From positions 4,325,319 to 4,389,318 of the forward strand of contig CM082594.2 of NCBI GenBank assembly GCA_040954595.2: 64,000 nucleotides of DNA. Direction: 5' to 3'. Below, in pieces: positions 36,061 to 47,886 of the stretch. The notes beneath the pieces were generated by a model. That model had not been told where the DNA came from. It was given only the letters and a program-made list of their open reading frames with translations, and made no database searches. Source of the stretch: Balanoglossus misakiensis. Its lineage: Eukaryota > Animalia > Hemichordata. The first letter of the stretch is position 1. Each line of letters begins with the position of its first letter. The position numbers were made by a program, and so were the translations under genes.

Positions 36061-38309
36061 TTGAAATCCGATGACACAAACTTGCCGAGACGTAATATCG
36101 TCCATCGGTGAATGTCCGAGTCTCTTAATTCTAATTTCGGCTTAACAGACAACAAACTATATTCTCTCCCGTCCACCCCGTCTTTTGCTGTCAGGAAAAT
36201 CGCAATCCACGAAAAAAACAAAACAAGAAACTTTAAGTAAAGGTCGCTGACCTTGTCCCTGCTGGAAGACATCGGTCACTCAGTCCGTCAAACTTTCCGA
36301 CCGGTTGGCGTCGGTTGCCGACGCGTCATGGATGGGTACGCGTCGCGGTGAACAAGGATTTTGTACAAATGGCGCGGGCGAGGTCATGCATAATACACTT
36401 TTATGTTTATGGACAGATTGTTCGTGCCACTCAGCCTTGACACATAAAAGTAGAAACTCATTATTTTGGCTTTTCAATAAATGATTTATACGAGTTCCTC
36501 ATTTGAAATGCTTCGCAGATTTGACGAACTTCGGGGATGATAAAGTCTGGGCTCTTTCAGTTACCCTTGAAACAGTGGACCATGGCCTTGAACTTAGTTC
36601 AGCCAATTTTACTGCGTCCACTGTGGGACTATGGGCAAGTGGCCAGGTAGGCACCATGTTAGACTTAGCCCCGAATTCGAAACTCAGCCCAGTACCAAAA
36701 CTCGCTCTTATAAAGACAAACAATCACCACGCGACGAGTGAGTTAGTCCAGCACCATGTTAAAGACAAGGTTATTTCATCTTCTTGGTAATCTATTTTCA
36801 ATAAAATACACGAAACCAGGAACGAGCACTCTTTGTGGAAATTCATCTATTTGCTATTAAAGGACTTGGGCCAAACCCCTCCGTTCCTTTGTCGTTTATG
36901 AAAGGTTTCGAATACAGTCTAAGTTCCGCTATGACAGCTGGAACTTCATGACCTCTGCAGGCGATCTTGGCCGTACAGAAGTTATCTCAGATCTCAGAAC
37001 CCACAAAACAGGAGCACTTTTCAATCCCTGGTTCTCGCATTAGTTCTTCTTGACATTGAATGTGTATGTGGCGGAAATCCATTTGATTTTAGAAAAAAGT
37101 CGATAAAGAAAATGCGTCAAGTTGAGAAGGCAGTATTTTTGTTGATTATCCGTCTCTGTGACAACACATAGCACATACGTGATAAATGCAAACATGGGAT
37201 ACACCAGAACATGTATCGACGTGTTTTTGACTCAAGTGGTCGAGACAGTCTGCATGCGCAGTAGTCTCATTACGACACGTGATTGAGAGTAACCAATTGC
37301 ACCATTTTCCTCTAAGAGGGCTTCTCAGAAAACATACCACCTAGATAAACGGCAGCTTTGACCCCCTGTTCTTTTGTGAACACCAAAGCGTTTTCTTCCA
37401 ACGGAAAGAGACGGAACATTATCAGGTATGTTTCACTTTTTTAATATACCCGGAATGCTGGGTTAACCTAAGTCTCAAACTAAAAAAAATCAGCAAAATG
37501 AAAACGAATACTTTATACCTTAAATTAGCGCTTGCAATGGAAAATTCAGACCTGGGCTAGGTGTAGTTGTACCCACCATTTATGGTTCGGTGTTACAGTG
37601 AATTTCCTTGAGTCATACGCATTATTTTTGCAAAAGCTTTTTCATACCTTTCCCGTTTTCTCGACATTTCACGGCAGTACACATATTCGTCCCTTTCCAT
37701 GGCAAATGCAATCTCTTGGCTATGACGTTGCGGAACTAATCCACCATAAAAAACATACGATTTATTATTTACTTGTTTATACGAAACTTGTGCTCGCTGT
37801 GTTTGTCGTATCAGAAGGGAATGTCGCTGGTAAAATTCATTTCACAGAGTTGCCATTAGAGCGTTATAACAGGATAAACGTTTGGCCAGGAACCATTTCA
37901 ATTTGTTAATTTGAAGCATCAGCTGCATTTGCACTAAGTTAACTGGACATTTATGTTATGGCAGGACTGAAAACTTATCTTGTAAAAAAACACTTGTCAG
38001 CCCAAGAATTTATGAGATAAAACGAAAAAAACACCGTATGGTCGCCATTACCGTAAAAGGTATCGAAACTGTGAGTCATATAAAGTTTGGGGGACAAAAC
38101 GGGGATTTCCGAAGTAAATACCAAGAGGTCAAATAGTGGAGCAAAGTCCCACCTTCTGGTTAGGTGGACAAAGGCCCCGAGAACGTGTGGTCGGTAAGGG
38201 AAAATACCATAGTACGCCTGTGCAAAATGACAACCGTGGCGATCTCGGTCTGATTCATTCAGGCATCAGTATCTGACGAGTATTTGTATTCTGTGTTGGC
38301 AGACATTGT

Positions 38310-38789
38310 AAACCGAGAAGTGAAGGGGTGGGTTTGGGAGGGAGTGTCCCCCTCCCACGTAAGAAAATTTTATAAAATACAGAGCTCAAAGCTGCATTTT
38401 AATGAACCCAAAAGCAAATTAACTCAACTACCGGTATGTTGGGGAGGACAAATTTAACCTTCGCCGCTCAAAGTTAGCATGGGGTGGGGGGCAAGTCCCC
38501 TGTCCTGGGACACTAGATACTAGTAAACCAGTCAATGATTGAAAGGTGTTTATGAATGACGGGGTGGGTGTGGGAGGGGGTGTCCCCCTCCCACATTAGA
38601 AAAATATGTATTATGAAGGGTTCAAAACTGCATTTTTGTGGACTCAAAATAAATATTTAGTCCTCAAAGTTTTCAAGTTCCCCCCTTTCAGTCCCTAAAT
38701 TATTTCAAATCCCCCTTACATACCCTGAATTTTTTCAAATCCCCCCTCAATTCTCCCCCCTCCAGAGGTGTTTGTGAATGCAGCCTAAT
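38310..38789. mobile_element. Right-end fragment of a Harbinger-like element; homologous to about 59330-59597
   Basis: Both end with CCAGAGGTGTTTGTGAATGCAGCCTAA and share the GGGAGGGGGTGTCCCCCTCCCA hairpin. Confidence 0.65.
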
Positions 38790-38913
38790 AATGATAAATA
38801 GTCACATTTAACAGTCTGAGATGTTATCTTAATGATTTGGTTAATTTTATACGATAATTGTAAATCGTTAACGTTCCAAAATGCTGTACCATCAGTGAAC
38901 ATGTGCGCGTGAC

Positions 38914-39530
38914 TATGGAAAGCCACAGCTGTCTTAAGTCCATTGTTACCATTATATGCTGTGCATACATCATTATACGGTGCCAAAAATATCATACATG
39001 ACATGTCTAGAGAGTTTGATCGAATATATTCATATTTTTACAGAGTTATAAAAACTTATTTTCATACTCGTACTGCAGATGCCAAACCGCGATGGTCGCC
39101 CGAAAATGCTTAACTACTTTCGGTCTCTCGAAACCGAATCCGTAACCGAAACCGAATCCGAGTCTTACTTCAGTATCGTCATGTGTTTGACTGGTACCCT
39201 GCCTCGGTGACAAACACCAAAGAGGCAGGTAAACACAAACCGCCATATTTAGAATTGTGGAATCTGAATGGCTAATAAATGAACGTTCTATAACTTCCGG
39301 GCTAGATTCAATCTGTCGTGTTTCTTGACATTCAATTTCACTCTTCCCGAATATACATATTTTTAAAAAACCAACGTATAATGATGTATGCACATTGTAT
39401 AAAGATGTATGAGCGTCGTATAATGATGTATGGGCAATATACATGTATAATAATGTATTCACTGCGTATAATGATTTATGAGCATCATATAATGGTAACA
39501 ATGGACTTAAGACAGCTGTGGCTTTTCATA
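38914..39530. mobile_element. MITE with TIRs TATGGAAAGCCACAGCTGTCTTAAGTCCATTGTTACCATTATATG
   Basis: Long inverted ends; the paralogous site near 29495-29512 is empty. Confidence 0.8.
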
Positions 39531-39902
39531 CTTGACAACCTGATATAACGACCTTTGAGTCATCGCATCATGATGCTATAAATATAATGGCGCCTATTAC
39601 CTTTAGCGTCTTGGAAATACCCTTATATTCTTCCAATAAATCGACAAAGTTAAAAAGTTTGACCATTTTTGGTAAATTTTCCCCGCTCCAAAGGCATCAT
39701 ACACCCAGTTTACACACCAACTTGGAAATTGGTTAATATTTAAACAGGTGGTAAGAAGACTTAGAGCTCATTGTTCTTTCGGTGTGGACCTCCCGTATCG
39801 TCTCGTCTCGTCGTCTCGTACTCTTTCTCCAGTACCAATGAAAAGAGGCTCCGATTGCTACTAGTATTACACAGTGAGTCATTGTATACCAAGTATTCTT
39901 CT

Positions 39903-42900
39903 ATGGCTAAGTATATCGCCGTCTTGTTACTCCTCATCATATATTGTATATCATATTGTATATGCAACGTCTTTTCAAGACAAACGGATCCAAATGATCC
40001 CAACGCTTGCAGGGGATCCCAAACAACGGATGGAACCTGGTAAGTACACTACCAGTATTAGGTTCACTAACAAGAGCTGTTGTCGCACATATTTTTGTTG
40101 GTGTGAGATTTTATTTTGGTAGGAATTTGACTTGTTTCCTTACAAAAGTACGACTGATTTTGCAGATTTTATTCGATTCTTTTCATACAACTTTTTATTA
40201 CACAACCCTAACTTTATTATCAACATAAACCATATTTAAATACATTTGCTCCACTGTTTTTCACCATTGTGGCAATTCAGAAAATAATGGAAAAAACTTG
40301 CATATGTACTTGAATGGACCATTTTCCGAAATTCACTTCACCCTGCGAGATCTCGCGTGGCTGGGCGGGTTATGTTTAGGGGTTATTACACGAATTTTGG
40401 TCGATAACGCGTCGTATTCGAGTGATATCCGTATTTTGACGAGTTGCGCTTCGCAACGAGTCAAAATACGGACATCACGAGAATGCGTCGCGTTATCGAC
40501 CAAAATTCGTGTAATAACCCCTTTATCATACATGCCTACCTATAAAACAGTACGATTTGCGAAAATGCGCCGAGAAAAACAATTTCAAATTTGAACCGGG
40601 CGCCCTGGGATCACGGCAGTAGCCATGTTGTGACGTATGACGTGTGGGCCGTAGTATCTTTTTAAGGGGGTTGGCAGCTTTCATTACGATGGGCACATCC
40701 GCATTCTAAATAAAATTGTCTACGTTCTCTTTCAAAATATCATGTTAACAATTATTTTGCATTGAGAATTTCGAAGAACTAAAAATTCAACATGACAAAG
40801 ACGCGGACGCGATATTTCACATTGTGAAATACGGTACCGTAAAATATCTTCGGGGCGAGAGCAATAGAAAGTGTTAAATACAGGCGTTGCATGTATGATA
40901 AAGGAGGATATTCTCATCGGACATCAACCTGATTAAAATCAGATGCAGAGTTAGGCGCTGTCTTGGCTTTGGTGATCGTTTTGGCTGTTCCGTTCTGTTC
41001 TCTGTCTCCCTCCAGAACAGCCAAGAATCAGTAGAGGTAAAGACGGCGACCAACTCTACATCTGATTTCAATCAGATTGATGGGGCATAGGACAATCAAA
41101 CAACCCATCGACACAAAAGTTACAATTTCTGTTCAATTCTGCACCTATATTCTAGTTTCATAAAATGAGCGGAAAATTACACGTACGTCATATCTAAAGG
41201 AATTTCTTGCAATGTCTAAATACGATTTTTTCTCGTTCTGTTATAGGATTTACGTTTGCTGCGACGGACATACGAAAGATCTCGAAGCTAACTTGACTGC
41301 ATTTTGCCAAGGTAAATATTCAACCTCACTGTGAAAGCGTTTAACACGATAACAAGTGCATGCAATCGTCTACCTAAATCCCAATTGGTGTAATAGGAAA
41401 TTATTGCCGATAATTACCTGTGACGTGTATTGTTTTACTGAGCGATGTGACTATTGAGTTGAAATGTGCCTTTGTTATTAAAACAAGAAAACTAAAACAA
41501 CACAGATCGGTTATCGAAGTGTGGAAACAGTCTATTTTGGCTTTTATTAGTACGAATTGCCTTGTGGGTCTGATCTAATTTATGATGCGAAACCTCTCTT
41601 TCGAGACAGTTTTCAGGATGAATGCCCAAGTTTTATGGTAAAAAGTTTCTGATTGTTGAGATCAACTGTTTTATTCTGACTTGAGATTTGTGTTTTTTTT
41701 CATACTTTTACAGAATGTCCCGAAGGAAGCTACGGCCACAATTGCGAACAAAAGTGCGACTGTGAAAATGGCGGAATATGCCACCACAGAAATGGTTGTC
41801 AATGTCCGATTGGGTACTACGGGGAAAACTGTCAATTCTCCTGTAATTGTGAAAACGGTGCCATTTGTGATGCGCGCAATGCTTCTTGCGCATGCCCGAA
41901 TGGTTTCTATGGTTTTACATGCGAGAAAGTGTGTGATTGTCACGGGGGTGAATGTGATGGTGAGGGGATTTGCAAGTGTCATGAGGGTTTCTATGGTGAT
42001 CAGTGTCAGCCATGCGAGTGTCCGGAAAATGCCGTTTGTGATCAGAGGGATGGGAGATGCTCTTGTTCATCCGGGTACTATGGTCAAAGTTGTGAAATGC
42101 GATGTCCGTGTTACAATGGTGGGTCGTGTTCTGGCGTCGATCCCGCGAAGTGTGTGTGTCCCTCCGGTTGGTACGGTCCTTCGTGCACACAGTGCCTCAC
42201 CTTTGCCGAAGACGACGACGGCCGCCCGTTTTGCGAGGATAAATGCTTGATGTGTTACAACGGAGACAGCTGTAGTCCTTCTGATGGGAAATGTTGGTGC
42301 ACTCCGGGTTGGCATGGCAACTGGTGTGACGAGAAGTGCGATGAAGGGTTCTATGGTCAGAACTGTTCCGAAACATGTCGTTGCTTAAATGGTGGCAGCT
42401 GTGATCACGTGACAGGCGTCTGCAAATGTGCTACTGGCTTCCTCGGCGAACATTGCGATCGGCCACGTCCCGAAAATTGTCTAGATTGCAGGATGGAAGG
42501 CTGTGTGTCGTGTGCACCTGGTTGGACCGGAGAATATTGCGATAAATCATGCCAATCCGGTTACTATGGTGACGGCTGCAGACAAAAGTGCAACTGTACC
42601 TGCTCTGACTCGTGTGAACATGTTGATGGAAGTTGTCTGAGTGGCGTCAGGTAAGATTTGTTTTGTTAAAATCTAACTATATCATCAACATAAAATATTA
42701 CACTCTTTCCCAGAAGGTACTATTCTACGTCTTCTAACTTGAGCTAAACACAATCGTGACCATAATCGATTTCAAATTTATTTCAGATGCGGGGAAGATA
42801 CGTGCATATGCAAAAACGGAGGGAATTGCATTGAACGTCGTTGCGAATGCAAGCCTGGCTGGGGTGGGCCGTATTGTGACGTATTAGCTTCAACGTTGGC

Positions 42901-44456
42901 TGCAGGAGGTAAGCTCAGCCCTTTAGCTTAGTCTTAACATTTTCATTGTATCGTGTTATACCAAGAGCTGCGCGTGTACCGAATCACTTATGATGGTGAT
43001 AGAAGATTGTATACATTTAAATATATCAAGTTTTCGCAGAACATTTCTTTTCAAAAACTTTCTGAACGTCAACTTCTGTAATATCCTGCTGTCGGTCCAT
43101 TAGATTTTTAAATGGAATCCTGGAGTATTCATATTTAATTTCTATACCGTTTTTTATATCGTTTCACAGAGACAGTTCTAGTGTCTGGCGTCTCCACTCA
43201 ACGCAGTTACAGCTCTTCGTGGAATGGCAGCGAAGCATCCCCATCCACAGTAGTCAAACTTAGTATGGGAGTCATAGCACTTGTTCCGCTGGTTTTATTT
43301 GCTCTTATTTGTGTTGCAATTTTCGCTCATAGGCGAAGAAACGCATTCCGGGGGTAAGTAAGGCTCAGACAGTAAAGTTATCTCAACTGCCAAAACGCAC
43401 TATTCTCATGTACCAGTAGTGATAATAGAGGAAAGCAATCGTTTATATTGTATATACTACACGAGGCCTTTGGAGTCATTTCGTATACGTCATTATAATA
43501 TACCTCATGCTAATACTGTGCCGTGATTCGCCAGAATCCGTCACGTGATAGGAAAATAGAATCGACTATGAACCGCTAGGGAAATAGCAGAAAAAATATA
43601 AACCGGTCACGTGACCAGCGTGAGTGCGCAGACTCGGTCACGTCAATCAGCGTCGCTTCGTCTGACACAATGGCCACCGCGGAAGATGTCGTCTGCCAAC
43701 CTCAAGAGAAAATTGCAAGATTTTCCCAGCTGTTAGCATGAGGTTTATTATAAAACACCTATAGCCTGGCCTATATTCGGGCCATAGCAGCCGTTTTTAC
43801 CCCCTCGTGACTGTGAGTTACCAGAATCATATGCTATTTATAATAGCATATGATTCTGGTAACTCACAGCCCCTCGGGTGTAATAAACGGCCGCTATGGC
43901 CCTCATGGCCAGGCAATAGGTGTTCATTATGAAACAACAGGAAGAGAAGTGTCTGCGTCTCACGGAAGACCATATTTCCTTGTAGTGAGACTGAGCAATA
44001 GTTTCAACAACTATGGCTGTTGTTTTTGACAGAGATAAACTTGAAAGAGGCACCGAGGAAGAAAACAGACGTTCAGATCCACACCAGACTGTGAGCCTCA
44101 CCACTGATATACTCGCCCACGGTCAACGAAATATTTCCCGTGATGCAAGCGAAAAGCCGAAATCCTCTGAGCCTATTTATGCCACTGTTAATGCGCGTAA
44201 AAAGCCTGATGCGGTCAAAGAAAGTGATGCTGAACCCGTAGAACAAAATAATTTGCTTCAATCCTCCGGGTCAATACGCAGAGGAGACAGCGAAGCGTGT
44301 GCAGAGGAAGACTCAGATTCTGTGCACGCCCAGTTCAATGCATATGATTATACAGACAGAACTTTAAATTATAAACACAACAGGCGTAAACACAACAGTC
44401 ACTACGAGCAACTGAAACCAGTCAACACCGGCAGTGGTAGACTCCAGTTTGATTAG
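39903..44456 (+). CDS. SCARF/MEGF10-like EGF-repeat receptor, copy 3 (about 622 aa), long tyrosine-motif tail
   Basis: Exons 39903-40039, 41247-41311, 41714-42650, 42787-42908, 43170-43353, 44033-44456 (1869 nt in frame). TM LSMGVIALVPLVLFALICVAIFA followed by HRRR. Tail contains EPIYATV, NAYDY and SHYEQL. Confidence 0.9.
40370..40901 (+). mobile_element. GA-mismatch hairpin element D
   Basis: Hairpin 40378-40522 centred on GAC-GA-GTTGCG-CTT-CGCAAC-GA-GTC; second IR pair TTATCATACATGC / GCATGTATGATAA. Confidence 0.78.
43492..43930 (-). mobile_element. Second copy of hairpin element B (reverse orientation, hairpin tip deleted)
   Basis: Reverse complement of 30336-30771; the paralogous intron of copy 2 (33645-33680) is empty. 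Confidence 0.85.
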
Positions 44457-45129
44457 AATGAATCATCCTCCTCGTCGTGTTATGATCTGTATAAAGGTCA
44501 AATATGATTTAATAGGTCAATTAATCTAGAGCTCGGGAATGTCAATGTTTGGTAGATTTGATTTTATGTATTTGAAGTAGATAGGGAGAGCTAGTGTTTA
44601 ACTGACCGCTCTGGTTGTCAATCATCGTCGAACTGATTTTTGTTATATAACGCTTTATGTAAATTGGTACGTATATACTGTAGTTGAATTGATGGCCAAT
44701 GAAATTTAACACATTGTATTTGTATAAATGTGATATTTTACATGATTAACAACGCCTTGAGAAAAGTAATTATAAAAGAACTTTGTTTCCAAAGTTGTAA
44801 GGCTTTTAGAGAATAATCTAACGGGAGATGGGAGTACCTCAGCCTCAGGCTACTGAGTTCGTTCCCTTCCTTAATACGTATTTTACTGGGCGTATTTGAC
44901 GTCTTTATGGTCTGCCAAATTATCAAATCAACAAGCTACCGGTTCCACTACGTAGTAGTGAGAATTTTAATGTTTTTAAATCCAACCTTAAAACGTTTTT
45001 ATTCAGGGAATGACTTTTTATCAATTTTTAACCAGTCTATTTTTTTTATTATACATTTTTAGCATTTTACTTGTCTTTGTACAGCGCTTTGGGATGTCTT
45101 TTTACATGGAAAACGTTTTTTTAAGAATT

Positions 45130-45130
45130 A

Positions 45131-45164
<34 letters not shown>
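45130..45164. repeat. (TTA)n microsatellite
   Basis: Directly visible. Confidence 0.9.
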
Positions 45165-45165
<1 letters not shown>

Positions 45166-45899
45166 GTACTGGAGTAATTCTGGACAATAAATGAGTGTGA
45201 ATCAGATACGTGTCTCCGTGGATCACTGTTCTCGTCAGAGCCCGTTACCTCATCGCTACAGATTCCCAATACATGAACAACAATAAGATTCCAGCGGTAA
45301 TAGTCGTCTAAATTAAAATTAATAAAATAGACAACAATAGAATCTGATAAACCTTTATTGAATGTTCATTTTATAATGATATAAGGGCTAAATATTTACC
45401 CACATACTTTTATACTATACCATGCTTTGTACATCTGAAAATATCTTGGTTATTCAAAATATTTCAAAATACATTTTTTGCAAACGCAACAGCGGCTATA
45501 ACACAACCTCGTAATCTCGGGTTCAAGAGGTACTAAAAATTAAACATGCCAATGGTAGAACAGGAGCGATACGTCCTAACCTAACTTGTTGGATCGGAGG
45601 TTGTGATATTACTAGTATTGCGTACAGATATGATAGACGTCGCGTTCTTGACGATCTACGCTAACTAAAGTGACTAGAAAACAGTACACCTAATACAAAA
45701 TCCGAACTTACCGTTAGTTTATCTGCTTCGAAACCGTGCTATCTTTAGTATTGCGTCTATAGCATAGACAAAGAGAAAGTTCTTTCTCTTTGTCTGTGGT
45801 CTATAGTCACTTCACCGTGGCTTGACCATGGATCTTTTTAAGGACCACGAAGTCGGACTCTCCTGCAGCCTGGGTTATGACTTTTTCATTAAATGTTCA

Positions 45900-46240
45900 C
45901 TTCCTTGTAGATAACTACTCTAGCTTTAGCGTGGTAGGGCCACTACATACCTCCGTTTCTAGGCTAGTAATCGCTTTGCGTTTAGCTTTGTGTGCACTGT
46001 GTAGTTGATTTGTGACATAACAGGGGTACCTAAGAAACCGGCGTGGCGAACTGCAACGACGTATTTGCGAACTGAAAAGCGCGATAGACCTTGAAAACGT
46101 ACGTAGTTGAGAATTACTTCCCGCCACGGAGAACTTGAAACGCTATAGTTGACCCTTAAAAATACCTAGAAACTACAAGTTGAGGGCGCATTCAACATGG
46201 CGCAAGTTGTTTCCAGCAGACATCCAAGCATCGGTAAGTG
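45900..46240. promoter_or_regulatory. Candidate CpG-rich (possibly bidirectional) promoter with a first-exon-like segment 46197-46233
   Basis: CpG-rich patch; ACTACA motifs near 45943 and 46172; strong AACATGGCG start followed by the donor G|GTAAGT; an opposite-strand donor (ACTTACC) near 45706. Confidence 0.4.
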
Positions 46241-47104
46241 TAATTTTCGTGGAAAAATTGACATTTGGGAAATCATGTATGCATGGAAAGGCATCCTATA
46301 CGTTGTGTAAATGTTTGAAACGTACTGCTGCGAAATATCTTTTAAAAATAACGGTTTTTGTCGAATAAAGGTTAACTAAAATAAAACCATTCTTTTCTAT
46401 CGTTATGTTTCGAATATTTTGTTTAAATTGGGTGGACATATCAAATTGACCCATTTTACCCACTGATGGGATCATTTTGCTGTTTTCTTTATTTCTGGCT
46501 GACTTCTTTACTTTTTCTTGTCGGGTGCTTTATTCTTTTTGTTTGATATTTACAGACTTTGGCCTGTTCTTCAAATTTTCGCTTATTTCGGATTTTTCTT
46601 TAATTTTCCGAAAAAATTATACTGCCACAATGTAGTGTTGGGGGTGGTACCATCTTTTCAATTATCTATGGTCAATTCTGAGTAAAATTCAGATAATTTG
46701 ACAATTTCTGATTTTAGGTCCATAACGGTATACATGTACCAACGTTTTCCTAAAATGGAAAATTTCGGTATAAATGTGATGAGGTGTCGTGTGTTCGCGT
46801 CATGTCTATTTATAGCTGAGATTACTCATGTCCATATATATCGAAACTAATTTGGGGGAGATTTGGAGTGATATACAACCAACGTTCATTTCCGGCTATA
46901 ACTTGAATGTCTATTTTTCTAGCTGTAAAACCCAAGCCCCGAGTGACGTGCGGGTTTTTATGGGGGTTTTACTTTTGGGGCATGAACTGCTTTGCATATA
47001 TTGGAGGAGATGAAAACACCACCCAGTTGGTTTATTAGATTTCGGGTTAATATTCAGTGGTTATCAAATTATGTATTTTATAAATTAATATCTGTAACAT
47101 AAAC

Positions 47105-47359
47105 CACAGGTACTTGGCACGATCGCTTCGCGATGGTCGCGATGGGGCTGCAGTTCTTTCTCTTTGTCTGTGGTCTATAGTCACTTCACCGTGGCTTGAC
47201 CATGGATCTTTTTTAAGGACCACGTCAGTGATCACTTCGTTTAACATCGTCAGGGTGCAGGTGAAGAATGCTCCCATGCTTTACCATACCAGCATTTAGG
47301 TTGGCGTGCACTGCAGCCCCATCGCGACCATCGCGAAGCGATCGTGCCAAGTACCTGTG
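47105..47359. mobile_element. MITE with about 48-bp perfect TIRs (CACAG...CTGTG) and 8-bp TSD ACATAAAC (P- or hAT-like)
   Basis: TSD at 47097-47104 and 47360-47367. Confidence 0.88.
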
Positions 47360-47886
47360 ACATAAACTCTGGTGTCTCTAGGGTCTATGTGTAGACACAC
47401 CATGGAAACTTAGGCTACTGCCAGTGTTTATTTCAGGTAGAAGATTAATACGTGTACACAGTTCCACACATAGGCCCCAACATTGAAAATTAGCCTATCG
47501 GCCGAAGGTCGCTTGATTACAGGCAACGATATGGATTGCACAAATCGCACAGCAGCAAGGAGGGGAAAGCTTGGGTCAGGGAATCCAGAGCAGCGCCCCC
47601 ATTGGGCAAGGACGAGGCTTCGAACCTGGATAGTTGTTTATTTCCATCCAGTCTTCCGCTATTATTTCTGCAAAGGATTGCATCCATGTTCTGACCCGCT
47701 AATCTGGCATTACTTTGAATAATGAAAGAACACAAATTGCGAGCATAACCAGGGCCTGCAGGTAGCATAACACGTAACAAAGCGAAATGGGTCATAAGGT
47801 CATATCAGGTCACCACAGTTGTTGTCGTCTGTTCAGTGTGTCGTACCATGGTCCATGGTCGTACGAAGTGTGGCTGCGTACAGAGA

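Noticed and set aside
25481-42315. Recurrent alternative-frame and antisense ORFs over the EGF exons (e.g. 31692-32249, 31849-32412, 41681-42250)
   Set aside because: Shadow frames of Cys/Gly-rich coding exons; they recur only because the exons are duplicated.
44278-44291. RGD(S) integrin motif in receptor copy 3
   Set aside because: It lies in the predicted cytoplasmic tail and is absent from the paralogs.
19975-44456. Naming the receptors MEGF10/Draper/CED-1 orthologs
   Set aside because: They lack a full-length EMI domain and the NPxY motif; only family-level similarity is supportable.
46197-46233. Using this exon as ALDH6A1 coding exon 1
   Set aside because: Its phase-1 donor is incompatible with phase-0 exon 2, whereas 47887-47919 fits the phase and looks like a mitochondrial presequence.
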